A stretch of DNA of 64,000 nt, from NCBI GenBank assembly GCA_944322855.1, contig CALUQG010000004.1, positions 30,013 through 94,012 of the forward strand, in the 5' to 3' direction. The position numbers and the translations under genes were made by a program. Position 1 is the stretch's first letter, and each line of letters begins with the position of its first letter. This document shows, in pieces, positions 19,665 through 29,704 of the stretch. Source of the stretch: Candidatus Gastranaerophilales bacterium. GTDB taxonomy: Bacteria; Cyanobacteriota; Vampirovibrionia; Gastranaerophilales; Gastranaerophilaceae. The notes below the pieces were generated by a model. It was given only the letters and a program-made list of their open reading frames with translations. It was not told the origin of the DNA and did no database searches.

Positions 19665-20041
19665 TCTCTTTGGATTGCACTCATGCCTGCAATAGTTTGT
19701 GCAAGTGAGTTCATGTCATTGTTAAAATACTGATTTGCTAGTTTTTTGATAGCTTGCTGAGCCATTTCATCACGAGAAGAAACGGTTTTGTAAAAGAATT
19801 TTTTGCCCTGTTTGTATCTTACGAGCATGTTCTTTTCAACAAGTCTGTCCATTACTGTTTTTACAGTTGTGTATGCTCTATTTATATCAGAAGTTCTGTT
19901 GATTGATTCTTGTACTTCATTTACAGAAACATCTGTGTCAGAAATTTCTTCAATCATCCAGATAGTTTTCATAATTTCGTTTTCAAGACTGCCATGAGAA
20001 TAGTTCATTATTAATCCTTTATCTTTCATGTCTATATACAA
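19640..20041 (-). CDS. BlaI/MecI/CopY-family winged-helix transcriptional repressor
   Basis: The ORF shows EIMKTIW...VSVNEVQESIN...AYTTVKTVMDRLVEKNMLVRYKQGKKFFYKTVSSRDE, typical of Penicillinase_R. The start is ambiguous (M1, M5 or M12). Confidence 0.75.
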   Translation of the reverse strand: MYIDMKDKGLIMNYSHGSLENEIMKTIWMIEEISDTDVSVNEVQESINRTSDINRAYTTVKTVMDRLVEKNMLVRYKQGKKFFYKTVSSRDEMAQQAIKKLANQYFNNDMNSLAQTIAGMSAIQRECKTAELV

Positions 20042-20142
20042 TTACATTTATAGTAATACAAAATCAAATAAATTAAAACTATTTTTAGGCATAATTTTTC
20101 CTAAAAGTTTTATACAATTTAAAAAATTATATAAATATTTGA

Positions 20143-20415
20143 TTATATACTGTCAAAAAGAGGCCCCATCTCAATTTTTTCGTAACCGCCACCAAGGTCG
20201 ATTACATTTCCTGTACTTTTTGCAGTAGGATGAGATACCTGTTTAATTTTTTGAGAGGTGGATACTCTTTCTTTAAATCCGCCTGTAAAATCGTTAGAGT
20301 TAATAACTACTCCGCTTTGTGTATTGACTACAGGCTTTTCATTGCCTTTACATCCCGTTACCATAAGCAACAAGACACACATTACACAAACCAAACTGTA
20401 ACGAAAAAGTTTCAT
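20143..20415 (-). CDS. Small lipoprotein (hypothetical)
   Basis: The start MKLFRYSLVCVMCVLLLMVTGC includes a lipobox (VTG|C). The longer listed ORF adds an unlikely N-terminal extension. Confidence 0.5.
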   Translation of the reverse strand: MKLFRYSLVCVMCVLLLMVTGCKGNEKPVVNTQSGVVINSNDFTGGFKERVSTSQKIKQVSHPTAKSTGNVIDLGGGYEKIEMGPLFDSI

Positions 20416-20592
20416 TTCAGCTCCTGATTTTACACACTTTATTGCAGATTTACTACTACCATTATAGCACATGTATTTTAAAATGCACTATTTTTTTATA
20501 AAAAATCATTTAAAGAAATGATTAATTTTATATATCTTAACAGATTATTGTATAATTAAAAAAATATCAAGAATAAATTGGCGGAGAAATAA

Positions 20593-22320
20593 TTGGAACA
20601 GAAAAATAAGACAGATATCGAAAAACTGATAAAAACAGCCAGAGGCGAAGAAAAAGCTGATTTGGTCATAAAAAATGCAAAGGTCATAAATGTTTTTACG
20701 GAAGAAATATATGATGCTGATATAGCAATATGCGACGGCACAATTGCAGGAGTTGCAAAAGATTATCACGGAGTTGAAGAAATTGATGTAAAAGGTGCAT
20801 ATGTATCTCCTTCTTTTATTGACGGGCATGTTCATATAGAAAGTTCTATGCTTATGCCGTCTGAATTTGCAAAAATGGTTGTTCCGTCCGGAACTACAAC
20901 AATTGTTGCAGATCCCCATGAAATTTCAAATGTTATGGGTCTTCAGGGGATAAGTTTTATGAGAGAAGCTTCAAAAAATCTTCCGCTGGATGTTTATATG
21001 ACACTGCCATCGTGTGTTCCTGCGACAAATCTTGAAACTTCGGGTGTTGATTTGAACAGTTATGATTTAGCATTGCTGATTGATGCACCCTGGGTGCTTG
21101 GGATTGCGGAAATGATGAATTTCCCGGGCGTTATTAACTGTGACAGCAGTGTTTTAAGCAAAATAAAACTCGGGCTTGAAAAAGCAAAAGTCATAGACGG
21201 ACATGCGCCAAATCTTTCAGGCAAAGATTTGAATGCATACATAGCAGCAGGTGTGCATTCTGATCATGAATGCACTAATCCGCAAGAAGCTATAGAAAAG
21301 CTGCGTTCAGGCATGTATTTGATGGTGAGAGAAGCTACAGGAGCGAGAGACCTGGAGCCTCTTATTCCTGTTTTAAAAAACTACAACACAAGAAAATGTA
21401 TGTTCGTTACGGATGACAGACACCCGAAACATCTGGAAAAACATATCTCCAGAATGGTAAAAAAAGCTGTAAGTTGCGGTGTAGATCCGATAAAAGCTAT
21501 TCAAATGGCAAGTTTAAACACTGCCGAATATTTTAATCTGAAAAATCTCGGAGCTGTTGCTCCGGGGTATAAAGCTGATATTGCTGTTTTTGAAAATCTT
21601 CAGGACTTTGAACCTTCGCTGGTTTTAAAAAACGGAAAACAGGTTGCAGCAGGCGGAAAATTAACTGTTGATTTAAAAAGTAACAATCCTCCTGTTTTGA
21701 GAGGTTCTGTTAACATAAAATATTTATACAGAGAAGATTTACAGATAAAAGCAAACAGCAGTTCTGTTAAGACGATTAACGTTATTCCGGGTCAGCTTAT
21801 AACAAAGGCATCTGTTGAAAAAGTAAAAATAGAAAATGGTTTTGCCCTGTCAGATACAGAAAGTGATGTCTTAAAAATTGCTGTAATTGAACGTCATAAA
21901 GCCACAGGCAACATAGGGCTGGGGTTTGTAAAGGGCTTTGGTTTAAAATCAGGAGCAATTGCATCAACTGTTGCCCACGATTCTCATAATATGATTGTTA
22001 TAGGAACAAACGATGAGGATATGTATTATGCAGCTGTTGAGCTGGTTAAATCTCAGGGCGGAAAAATTATTGTTGAAAACGGAAAAACTTTGGCGCATTT
22101 GAAACTTCCAATAGCAGGTTTGATGTCTGATAAGCCTTATCAGCAGGTAAAGGAAAATATTCTTGAGCTTGAAAATGCAGCGAAAAAAATCGGCTGTAAG
22201 ATAAGCGATCCTTTTATGAGTATGGCATTTTTGTCTTTATCTGTAATTCCTGAATTAAAAATTACGGATAAAGGTCTCATTGATGTTAACAATTTTGAAA
22301 TAACAGACTTGTTTGTATAA
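20593..22320 (+). CDS. ade: Adenine deaminase
   Basis: The ORF shows ADLVIKNAKVINVFT...SPSFIDGHVHIESSM...GTTTIVADPHEI...HECT, the amidohydrolase Ade signature. The TTG start is preceded by GGAG. Confidence 0.9.
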   Translation: MEQKNKTDIEKLIKTARGEEKADLVIKNAKVINVFTEEIYDADIAICDGTIAGVAKDYHGVEEIDVKGAYVSPSFIDGHVHIESSMLMPSEFAKMVVPSGTTTIVADPHEISNVMGLQGISFMREASKNLPLDVYMTLPSCVPATNLETSGVDLNSYDLALLIDAPWVLGIAEMMNFPGVINCDSSVLSKIKLGLEKAKVIDGHAPNLSGKDLNAYIAAGVHSDHECTNPQEAIEKLRSGMYLMVREATGARDLEPLIPVLKNYNTRKCMFVTDDRHPKHLEKHISRMVKKAVSCGVDPIKAIQMASLNTAEYFNLKNLGAVAPGYKADIAVFENLQDFEPSLVLKNGKQVAAGGKLTVDLKSNNPPVLRGSVNIKYLYREDLQIKANSSSVKTINVIPGQLITKASVEKVKIENGFALSDTESDVLKIAVIERHKATGNIGLGFVKGFGLKSGAIASTVAHDSHNMIVIGTNDEDMYYAAVELVKSQGGKIIVENGKTLAHLKLPIAGLMSDKPYQQVKENILELENAAKKIGCKISDPFMSMAFLSLSVIPELKITDKGLIDVNNFEITDLFV

Positions 22321-22433
22321 AACCCGAATAAATGTATAAACTTTGATTTCAATAGTGACACAAAATTGTTAGGGCTTGTTAAATTATTTTTATTTCTTCA
22401 TAATAAAAGTATAAGAATAGATTTGAGGTTTTT

Positions 22434-23132
22434 ATGTGGAAAAGATTTTTTATTATACTGGCTGCAATATTCTTGTTCCAACAGTATGCTTTTGCTGTTG
22501 ATGACAGCCAGCTTGCAAAAGAGATAACAATACAATCAAAAATTGATGAAACCGGCGCCAGACTTTTGAATGCCAATAAAATAGATAAAAGGATAGTTTT
22601 TGCTTATGACAAAGCGGACAAGAACGCAAAACTCAAAATCGATCCGGCAATCACCTCAAGGCAGGTTATTTTGTATGAAGGTGATTATAAATACATAGCC
22701 AATGAAGATGAACTGGCAGCTTTTCTTGCAAGAAAAATATTAATTGCTTTGAAATCATATAACGGTTTATTCAATGGTTATCTCGGTTCTTTTGAAGTCA
22801 AGGCCGCACCAAAGAAGTTTGAACTGGCTGCAGACAAAAGAGCTGTGGATTTTATGGTTACTGCCGGATATCATCCGGTAGCACTAATTACTTTTATTCA
22901 AAAAAGCTGTCCTCAAAAACGTTTTGACAGATTTTCAAACAGAAATCTAACCTCAAAAAGACTGGCTCATATATACGAATATATTTATACAAAATATCCT
23001 TATTATCTTGCAAACAACCCTTATTTTGAAACAGAAGCCTATCAGAATTTTTTGTTAACATCTCTTAATAACAGAAGACTCTTTCAGGAAAAAGTAAAAA
23101 CCGGTTCTAAGGAAGCTGTTGACTATGAATAA
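22434..23132 (+). CDS. Secreted M48-peptidase-like protein with a degenerate active site
   Basis: A signal peptide is present. DELAAFLARKILIAL aligns to the M48 motif ELaaVlaHElgH, but His and Glu are replaced (ARK). The downstream segment ADKRAVDFMVTAGYHPVALITFIQK is M48-like. Confidence 0.45.
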   Translation: MWKRFFIILAAIFLFQQYAFAVDDSQLAKEITIQSKIDETGARLLNANKIDKRIVFAYDKADKNAKLKIDPAITSRQVILYEGDYKYIANEDELAAFLARKILIALKSYNGLFNGYLGSFEVKAAPKKFELAADKRAVDFMVTAGYHPVALITFIQKSCPQKRFDRFSNRNLTSKRLAHIYEYIYTKYPYYLANNPYFETEAYQNFLLTSLNNRRLFQEKVKTGSKEAVDYE

Positions 23133-23697
23133 AAAAGTAATATTTCTTATTCTATTTTTAATATACTTTAATCTGAATATTCAGGCAAAGGCTATTATTC
23201 AGGATGATTTTGTTAATACGACTCTTAAAAATAAAAATATTGAAAAACCTTATGTTCATAATAATTACAATTATGAAGATACAAAAAGGGTGCCTGTAAG
23301 ATTGTCTGTTATTGCTGATATTAATTCAGAAAAAGATCTGACTGAAGGACAAACAGTAGTGTTCAGATCTTTACAGGATGTATGGCACAAGGGAAGAAAA
23401 ATTATTGCAAAAGATGAACTTGTAAACGCCAGAGTGGAAACTATTATCTCCAGCGGAATGAACGGTATTCCGGCAAGTATTATATTCAGTGATTTTAAAT
23501 TTAAAAATGTTGATGAAGGCCAGTTTTCTGATACATACGAAAAATACGGACAGGACAGAAGCCTGTGGGTTTATCCTTTAAAATGGGCTTTGACAATACT
23601 ACCGCCGACAGGCTCTTTGACGAATTTTATAAAAGGAGGACATGCAAAACTCAAGTCGGATGAAGTGGTTGAAATATATTATTATCCGAACTGGTAA
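23119..23697 (+). CDS. Secreted hypothetical protein
   Basis: The 192-aa ORF has a signal peptide (KKVIFLILFLIYFNLNIQA) and overlaps the upstream gene by 14 nt. Confidence 0.5.
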   Translation: MTMNKKVIFLILFLIYFNLNIQAKAIIQDDFVNTTLKNKNIEKPYVHNNYNYEDTKRVPVRLSVIADINSEKDLTEGQTVVFRSLQDVWHKGRKIIAKDELVNARVETIISSGMNGIPASIIFSDFKFKNVDEGQFSDTYEKYGQDRSLWVYPLKWALTILPPTGSLTNFIKGGHAKLKSDEVVEIYYYPNW

Positions 23698-23704
23698 TTA
23701 TTGT

Positions 23705-25051
23705 CTAAAGTAATATTTGTGTTCCTACCATCAATCTGTGAGAGTCCGGCTGGCTGTCGTTCTGGCAGTAGATATAGTTTAATATGAGTTTTAGCGCCTG
23801 ACCTTTCAGGTAGTAATTTGTTCCAAGAGTGTATTCTCTGCGGTTGTTGTTTGCAATATTTCTGTCAGGGTCAAACTGGTCATATCTGGCAAGAAGCTCA
23901 AGTTTTTTTGTAATTCGGTATCCAATAGTTGCAAAAAATCCTTGAGAATGCTTGTCAGTCAAGCCGGAACCTCCGTTTGAACCGTTTGCGTATGCATATT
24001 CAAGTTTTGTCCAGAATTTTTTATACTCATATCCAAGATAAGCCGCCGAAAGATTGTAGCTCATATCATGCTTTTCGCCTGACTGAAAGCCTGCTCCTGT
24101 AACGAGTTTCCCGTATCGGCCGTCTGTTTTTCCAAGGGGTTTAAGGTTCATCCACAAATCTAATTCATGCCCCGGGAAAAAAGAAGTAAAATTAGTTGAA
24201 GAGCTGTATAAACCGGCATCATAATCCATAAGAGAATAATTCCCTCTGACTCTTAGACCGAATTTTCTCATATTAGAAAGGTTTCTTGCTATTTGTGAGC
24301 GGTGTATAAAAGAAAGCGTATAAGGGGATTGTGCACCTTCTATTCCTACACCGGGTCTGGAATTCCCTATTAAAACACTGGTATGCGGTATGCGGTGAGT
24401 TTCTACATATAAATCTTGAAAAAATCTCCCCATGTAAGGAACATTTCCGTTTCTTGGTGTCGGGTCAAGCATTATTCTGAAATTTTCTTTTCCGCCCTTA
24501 AACTTTCCGTCTATCAAAACATTTATAAGTTCGGTATTATATTCAGAATCAGTATCACTGTTTTCTGTGAAAGTTGTTGAAAAATTGCTTTGCATCGCTC
24601 CCCATATGTGAATGCTTTGAAGCGGCCCTTTTTCTGTTTTGAAAGTTAGATAATCTTTTAATAGAGCAGATGGTACATCTGTTCTTTCTATTTCGAGATT
24701 ATAGACATCTTTTGCCGCATTGGAAAGTACATTAAACAGCAAAAATCTTGGCGAATACAAAGGATTTGCAGCATCAAATTTTTCAACCGGCTGTGAATTG
24801 TTGTCTTTTGGTGCGTTTATGAATGTAGGTTTACTTTTTTCTTTGTAAATACTGCTGTCATCAGTGCCGTTGACAGGATCATCATCGTCTTCTTCCTCAT
24901 CAAGAACAGTGTCACTGAAAGGTGCTGTTTCTTCTCTTTTTAAAGGGATAACTTCATCTGTTTGAGCACAAACAGGACTAAATGATACAAATGCAAATAT
25001 TAAAGCAAGAAATAGTCTAATCTTTTTCACAGTATATCTATAATAATACAA
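23705..25051 (-). CDS. Outer-membrane beta-barrel, phosphate-selective porin O/P-like
   Basis: A signal peptide is followed by an acidic linker (EEEDDDDP). Alternating beta-strand patterns run to the C-terminus (YTLGTNYYLKGQALKLILNYIY...MVGTQILL). Confidence 0.6.
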   Translation of the reverse strand: MYYYRYTVKKIRLFLALIFAFVSFSPVCAQTDEVIPLKREETAPFSDTVLDEEEDDDDPVNGTDDSSIYKEKSKPTFINAPKDNNSQPVEKFDAANPLYSPRFLLFNVLSNAAKDVYNLEIERTDVPSALLKDYLTFKTEKGPLQSIHIWGAMQSNFSTTFTENSDTDSEYNTELINVLIDGKFKGGKENFRIMLDPTPRNGNVPYMGRFFQDLYVETHRIPHTSVLIGNSRPGVGIEGAQSPYTLSFIHRSQIARNLSNMRKFGLRVRGNYSLMDYDAGLYSSSTNFTSFFPGHELDLWMNLKPLGKTDGRYGKLVTGAGFQSGEKHDMSYNLSAAYLGYEYKKFWTKLEYAYANGSNGGSGLTDKHSQGFFATIGYRITKKLELLARYDQFDPDRNIANNNRREYTLGTNYYLKGQALKLILNYIYCQNDSQPDSHRLMVGTQILL

Positions 25052-25173
25052 ACAAATACAAATAAAAAATTAATATCTTGTGCTTTTTAAGTTTTTCGGA
25101 TTTTAACCATCTGATTAGAATTGCAAATTTGAATGCTTAACATTCATTAGTGGTTCAAATTATATTAAAAATT

Positions 25174-25500
25174 TCAAACTTTTAGTTTTTTATTTTTAAG
25201 TTTTTCTTGTGCGGTTTTTAATTTTATATTTTTTATTTTGAAGGGCATATAAAATTCAAGATTTGTTCTCAAGTCTCTGAAATAAACTGTTTTTGTTAAA
25301 TCAAGAAACCTGTCGAGATGTTTTCCGCTCATTACATAAAGAAAACTTTTCTTCTTGTCTTTTTTCACTAACAAAAGCAGAATTTCATCAAACTCCTCTC
25401 TGAGTTCACTTTTAAACTTTTGCAGATGTGAATGACTGCCTTTTATTTTTGTAAAACGGCCAAAAGATGGGCTTGAAACGCTGCGGTTTTGAATTTTCAT
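25174..25500 (-). CDS. Hypothetical basic protein
   Basis: The 108-aa ORF matches no recognised family. The N-terminus is MKIQNRSVSSPSFGRF. Confidence 0.4.
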   Translation of the reverse strand: MKIQNRSVSSPSFGRFTKIKGSHSHLQKFKSELREEFDEILLLLVKKDKKKSFLYVMSGKHLDRFLDLTKTVYFRDLRTNLEFYMPFKIKNIKLKTAQEKLKNKKLKV

Positions 25501-25572
25501 ATTTACCTGTTTTATTTGATATTATTCAAATAAAACACGAAAAAATTTTTTTTGCCATAAACTTTAAAAATA

Positions 25573-25758
25573 TTAACCTGCATAGAAAAATCTTGTATTA
25601 AGACCGCCTTCACCTATCTTAAGGCGCACTGATTTTAAACATTTCGGACATCTGCCGACATAAGCGGTGCCTTCTTTATTTTTGTATGCTCTTCCGTATA
25701 CACCGCAGCAGGTGTACATTATACCGACAAAATTTTTTGTTGAAGGATTTTCGTACAT
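25573..25758 (-). CDS. Small Cys-containing protein (possible zinc ribbon)
   Basis: The 61-aa ORF has CC...CPKC spacing (YTCCGVYG...GRCPKCLKS). Confidence 0.35.
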   Translation of the reverse strand: MYENPSTKNFVGIMYTCCGVYGRAYKNKEGTAYVGRCPKCLKSVRLKIGEGGLNTRFFYAG

Positions 25759-25965
25759 TTTATATGCCTTGCAAAAACAAATTTATATAAATATTATACT
25801 ACTTTCTTGTACATATGTCCTGCTAAATTCAATTGCTTTCTTTTAATGCATCCTTTAATGCTTTTTCATACAAAACGGATTTCAAAAAATTGTTTTTCAA
25901 AACATCGTTTAATGTTTCATATTTTTTATATAAAAAATTTTCACTTTTATCCGCATACTGTTTCA

Positions 25966-27030
25966 TTATCTTAGGGCCTCTTTTTCTTTTTCAGCTTTCA
26001 AGACTTTGTTGTCATAGTCAATTCTGCCTATGAGTTTGTTCAAATGTCTTTGAACTTCTCTAAATTGAGTGAGGTTAAGACTTTGTGCACCATCAGAAGA
26101 TGCATTTTCAGGGTCATTATGGATTTCAATCATCAGTCCGTTTGCGCCTGCAACCAGAGCAGCTTTGCTCATCGGTTCAATCAGATACCTGCGCCCTGTG
26201 CCATGGCTCGGGTCAGCAATCACCGGCAGATGAGAATACTTTTTGATGATAGGGATAGCGGCAATATCCAGAGTATTTCTTGTAAATGTAGAATCAAAAC
26301 CTTTAACTCCACGTTCACAAAGAATAACTTTGTCATTGTCATTCGCCATTATGTGTTCCGCTGCAAGGAGAAACTCTCGGATTGTAGCCGCAGGGCCTCT
26401 TTTAAGAAGCACGGGTTTTCCTGCTTTACCGACTTCTTTCAAGAGTTTGAAGTTTTGCATATTTCTTGCACCGATTTGAATTAAATCAACATAATCACAA
26501 AACATCGGAACATCAACTGTGTCCATAACCTCTGAAACAACAAGCAGACCTGTTTTTTCGGCAGCTTCTTTCAAATATTTCAGACCTTTTTCTCCAAGTC
26601 CCTGAAAATCATAAGGTGAAGTTCTGGGCTTAAAGGCGCCGCCTCTTAAAAACTCACAGCCCATTTCTTTTGCGGCCTCAGCTATTTGCATAAGACCGTC
26701 AAAATCTTTTTCAACGGAACAAGGTCCTACCATCATAACAGGTCGTTCCAGTCCTCCAATCTTCACTCCGTTTTTAAATTCAATAATTGTATCGTCTTCT
26801 TTATATTCACGTGAAGCAAGTTTATAAGGTTCTTGAATAAGTTTTACCTCTCTAACCCCTTCAAAAGAAGCGATTGCCTGCGGTTCAACAAGTCTTTTAT
26901 CCCCGATTGCAGCGAGCACAGTCATTACATCGCCATGGTTCAAGACTATTTTAAATCCTTTGTTTTCCATGCTTCTTTTTACTGCATTTATTTGTTCAAC
27001 TGTTGCCTTAGGCTCCATTATTATAATCAT
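25966..27030 (-). CDS. aroF: 3-deoxy-7-phosphoheptulonate (DAHP) synthase, type I-beta with N-terminal ferredoxin-like regulatory domain
   Basis: An N-terminal ~65-aa ACT/FL-like domain is followed by a KDO8P/DAHPS barrel (MVGPCSVE, LRGGAFKPRTSPYDFQGLG, IGARNMQN, LLKRG, DPSHGTGRR). Confidence 0.85.
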   Translation of the reverse strand: MIIIMEPKATVEQINAVKRSMENKGFKIVLNHGDVMTVLAAIGDKRLVEPQAIASFEGVREVKLIQEPYKLASREYKEDDTIIEFKNGVKIGGLERPVMMVGPCSVEKDFDGLMQIAEAAKEMGCEFLRGGAFKPRTSPYDFQGLGEKGLKYLKEAAEKTGLLVVSEVMDTVDVPMFCDYVDLIQIGARNMQNFKLLKEVGKAGKPVLLKRGPAATIREFLLAAEHIMANDNDKVILCERGVKGFDSTFTRNTLDIAAIPIIKKYSHLPVIADPSHGTGRRYLIEPMSKAALVAGANGLMIEIHNDPENASSDGAQSLNLTQFREVQRHLNKLIGRIDYDNKVLKAEKEKEALR

Positions 27031-27049
27031 TTCGGCTTACCTTTTCTTT

Positions 27050-28099
27050 TTACTTTATCAAACTTATTTTTTCTGTATTCTGTGCTGTGAGAATTTGCCA
27101 TAGATTTTCATTACCTGCAAAAGAAGCCATCAGAATCACATCGTTTGTACAAACTACATTTTTTAGTTTTACATTATCTTTAACAGTCACTCCATCCCAT
27201 AGAATGACATTGTCCAAAACCACATTCTTTCCTATATTACAGTTATTTCCTATTACAACATTATTCAAAAATTTTACATCTGACGAAATATCACAGTTGT
27301 CGCCGACAGTGTAAACTGCATCGTATTTTCGGATAATACCGCTTTGAGGTATCATAACTTTTTTGGACAGTGCATCTATGTTTGATTGGATATACTGGCT
27401 GATTGTTCCGATGTCAGACCAGTATGAATAAATCCTATAGACATTTATTTTCTCACCGGCATTGAGCAATGACGGAAAAACATCTTTTGCAAAATCATAA
27501 GTTCTGCCTTCAGGTATAAAGTCAAAAATTCTTTTATTGAAAACATATATTCCGGTGTTAATAAAACTGCTTTTTGCTTCTTCAACAGGAGGTTTTTCCT
27601 GAAATTCAACTACGGTATGGTTTTGTGAGGGAACAACCACTCCATATTTTGAAACCTCTTCATGGTCAATGGAAACAATCGCCATAGTTGCAATACAGCC
27701 GCTTTCGTAATGAGATTTTACAACTTTTGCTATGTCAGCATCATGCAAACCGTCTGCGCTTACAACCAGAAAATCATCCGTATCATTGAAAAAAGACTGG
27801 CACTTTTTTACACCGCCTGCAGTTCCTGCAAGTTCATTTTCATGAATAAAAGAAAAATTTATATCAACAGGAGAATTTGAGCTATATCTGTTTTGAATTT
27901 GTTCTGCCTGATAATATGTATTGGCTATAACACTTTCAACTCCAAATTTTTTCAGTTTTTGAAGCAATATATCCATAACAGGCTTATTCAAAATCGGCAC
28001 AAGCGGCTTAGGAACATTGTGTGTAAGAGGTTCCAACCTAGAGCCGACACCGGCTGCCATAACCATTGCTTTTTTTATCAAAGCTTTCTCCCTGCTCAA
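27050..28099 (-). CDS. NDP-sugar pyrophosphorylase (mannose-1-P guanylyl / glucose-1-P nucleotidyltransferase family) with left-handed beta-helix C-terminus
   Basis: The ORF shows MAAGVGSRLEPLTHNVPKPLVPI...NKPVMD and C-terminal hexapeptide repeats (NNVVIGNNCNIGKNVVLDNVILWDGVTV). Confidence 0.8.
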   Translation of the reverse strand: MSREKALIKKAMVMAAGVGSRLEPLTHNVPKPLVPILNKPVMDILLQKLKKFGVESVIANTYYQAEQIQNRYSSNSPVDINFSFIHENELAGTAGGVKKCQSFFNDTDDFLVVSADGLHDADIAKVVKSHYESGCIATMAIVSIDHEEVSKYGVVVPSQNHTVVEFQEKPPVEEAKSSFINTGIYVFNKRIFDFIPEGRTYDFAKDVFPSLLNAGEKINVYRIYSYWSDIGTISQYIQSNIDALSKKVMIPQSGIIRKYDAVYTVGDNCDISSDVKFLNNVVIGNNCNIGKNVVLDNVILWDGVTVKDNVKLKNVVCTNDVILMASFAGNENLWQILTAQNTEKISLIK

Positions 28100-28236
28100 A
28101 TATAACCAATCTTATGGAAAATTGTAGTATAAATTTGTTTGTTTGTACATTTTTCAGCAGTTTTGCTTTACAATTCTTTCACATTTATTTTTCGTTAGTG
28201 GTAAAATGAAAAAACAAATTATTTGAAAGGTCAGTT

Positions 28237-29070
28237 ATGTTGGATTTATCAAAAACTTATGAAGTCGTTATATTTTCAGTCGGAGATACAAAAGCCGGCA
28301 CAAAAATGGGCAAACTTCAATTGAAAAATCTGTCAGATGAAAGTATTTTGAATTGTATACTATGGGAAGAAGCCTTAAATCGTCTGGATGCCAAAATTTT
28401 CAGAACCGGAAATCATGTAAAAATTCTGGGCGGCTCTTATAACGAAAAATATAATAACTGCCTGATTTCAAGCCTTGAACTCGTAAAAGAAGCCAAAATC
28501 GGGCTTGATGAAGAGGAAAGAAACAAATTATTCAACTCAATAATAGAATATGCAAATGAAATAGAAGATGCTGACTTGAAAAAATATGTAACTGAATTAC
28601 TTTTTGAGCACGAAGAAAAATTCAAAATTTCGCCTGCGGCAAAACTTATGCATCACAATTACCTCGGAGGTCTTGCCGAACATACTTTTGAATGTCTGCA
28701 GATAGCATCTTGCCTGCTCAATAACCTTTACAAAAAGATAGATAAATCAACGGTTTATGCAGCTTGTATTTTGCATGATTTCGGGAAAATTTTTGAATAC
28801 AAAATTGACACAGAATCAGGTCTGATTGAATACGACGAAGATTTTCCAAAAGAATGGATTACACATTCTCAATGGGGATTTTCAAACTGTATGACACACG
28901 GGTTCAAAACCGTAGCAAAAATGATTGCCGCACACCATGGAAGAACAGAATGGGGTGCAATTGTTGACCTCGGAGAAAAAGATCTTGAACCTATTTTATA
29001 TCTTTTGCACCACATTGATGATTTGAGCGCAAAATTTGGTAGAACTGCAATATCAGATTTGGACAGCTAG
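28237..29070 (+). CDS. YhaM-like 3'-5' exoribonuclease (OB-fold + HD domain)
   Basis: An N-terminal OB-like segment is followed by HD motifs HHNYLGGLAEHT, ILHDFGKIFEY and AAHHGRTEWGA. Confidence 0.7.
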   Translation: MLDLSKTYEVVIFSVGDTKAGTKMGKLQLKNLSDESILNCILWEEALNRLDAKIFRTGNHVKILGGSYNEKYNNCLISSLELVKEAKIGLDEEERNKLFNSIIEYANEIEDADLKKYVTELLFEHEEKFKISPAAKLMHHNYLGGLAEHTFECLQIASCLLNNLYKKIDKSTVYAACILHDFGKIFEYKIDTESGLIEYDEDFPKEWITHSQWGFSNCMTHGFKTVAKMIAAHHGRTEWGAIVDLGEKDLEPILYLLHHIDDLSAKFGRTAISDLDS

Positions 29071-29124
29071 CAAATTTTTCTGATTTTGTGTTTTATGTTA
29101 TTAGGTAAAATTTGAGGCAAAAAA

Positions 29125-29634
29125 ATGGTTGACGAAATTGATTTAAACGCATTTGTATCATCTCCATACGCATCTGATTTAAGAAAACAGCAAAAAGCAT
29201 ATTTGAGTGCAAAAAATATCAGAAAAGCGACAGAAACAGTAGAAGAATACCAGGCCAGAATGGCAAAATTCAAAGAAGAACATGAACAAAAACTTATTGA
29301 TGAAAACACGGATGTTCTTGCTCAAAGACTTGCCAATCTTGATATATCAAATATCGGAACCAGAAACAGAACTGCAATAGAAAATCTGATAAAAGATATA
29401 CAGTCAATAAAGTTTTTTGCCTATAATAACAGATACAACAATGCTAATATAGATCTTTCCACACTTGACAAAGCACTCCTTGCAGCGCAGGCAAGATTAA
29501 ATAGTATTAAAAACGGAAAAGAAGACAACACAATCGGCACAGGAATTTTTGCTGATACTTACCGTCTTTCTTCTAAAAATAATGATGACCTGTTAGGCAA
29601 AATGTTAAACAACAACAGTAAAAACAACAGATAA
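29125..29634 (+). CDS. Hypothetical protein
   Basis: The 169-aa ORF is helical and charged, with no recognised family. Confidence 0.4.
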   Translation: MVDEIDLNAFVSSPYASDLRKQQKAYLSAKNIRKATETVEEYQARMAKFKEEHEQKLIDENTDVLAQRLANLDISNIGTRNRTAIENLIKDIQSIKFFAYNNRYNNANIDLSTLDKALLAAQARLNSIKNGKEDNTIGTGIFADTYRLSSKNNDDLLGKMLNNNSKNNR

Positions 29635-29704
29635 TATGGGAATACTGGACGCACTCGGCAGTTTAATACTCAGCATAATGACTCTGTTTGGAGGCTAAAA
29701 GCTT

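Noticed and set aside
20473-20592. A possible purine riboswitch upstream of adenine deaminase.
   Set aside because: The leader is almost pure A/T and lacks the conserved purine-riboswitch junction and loop motifs.
29636-29698. A 20-codon hydrophobic mini-ORF (MGILDALGSLILSIMTLFGG) right after the 29125..29634 gene.
   Set aside because: It cannot be distinguished from chance in AT-rich DNA without conservation or ribosome-profiling data.
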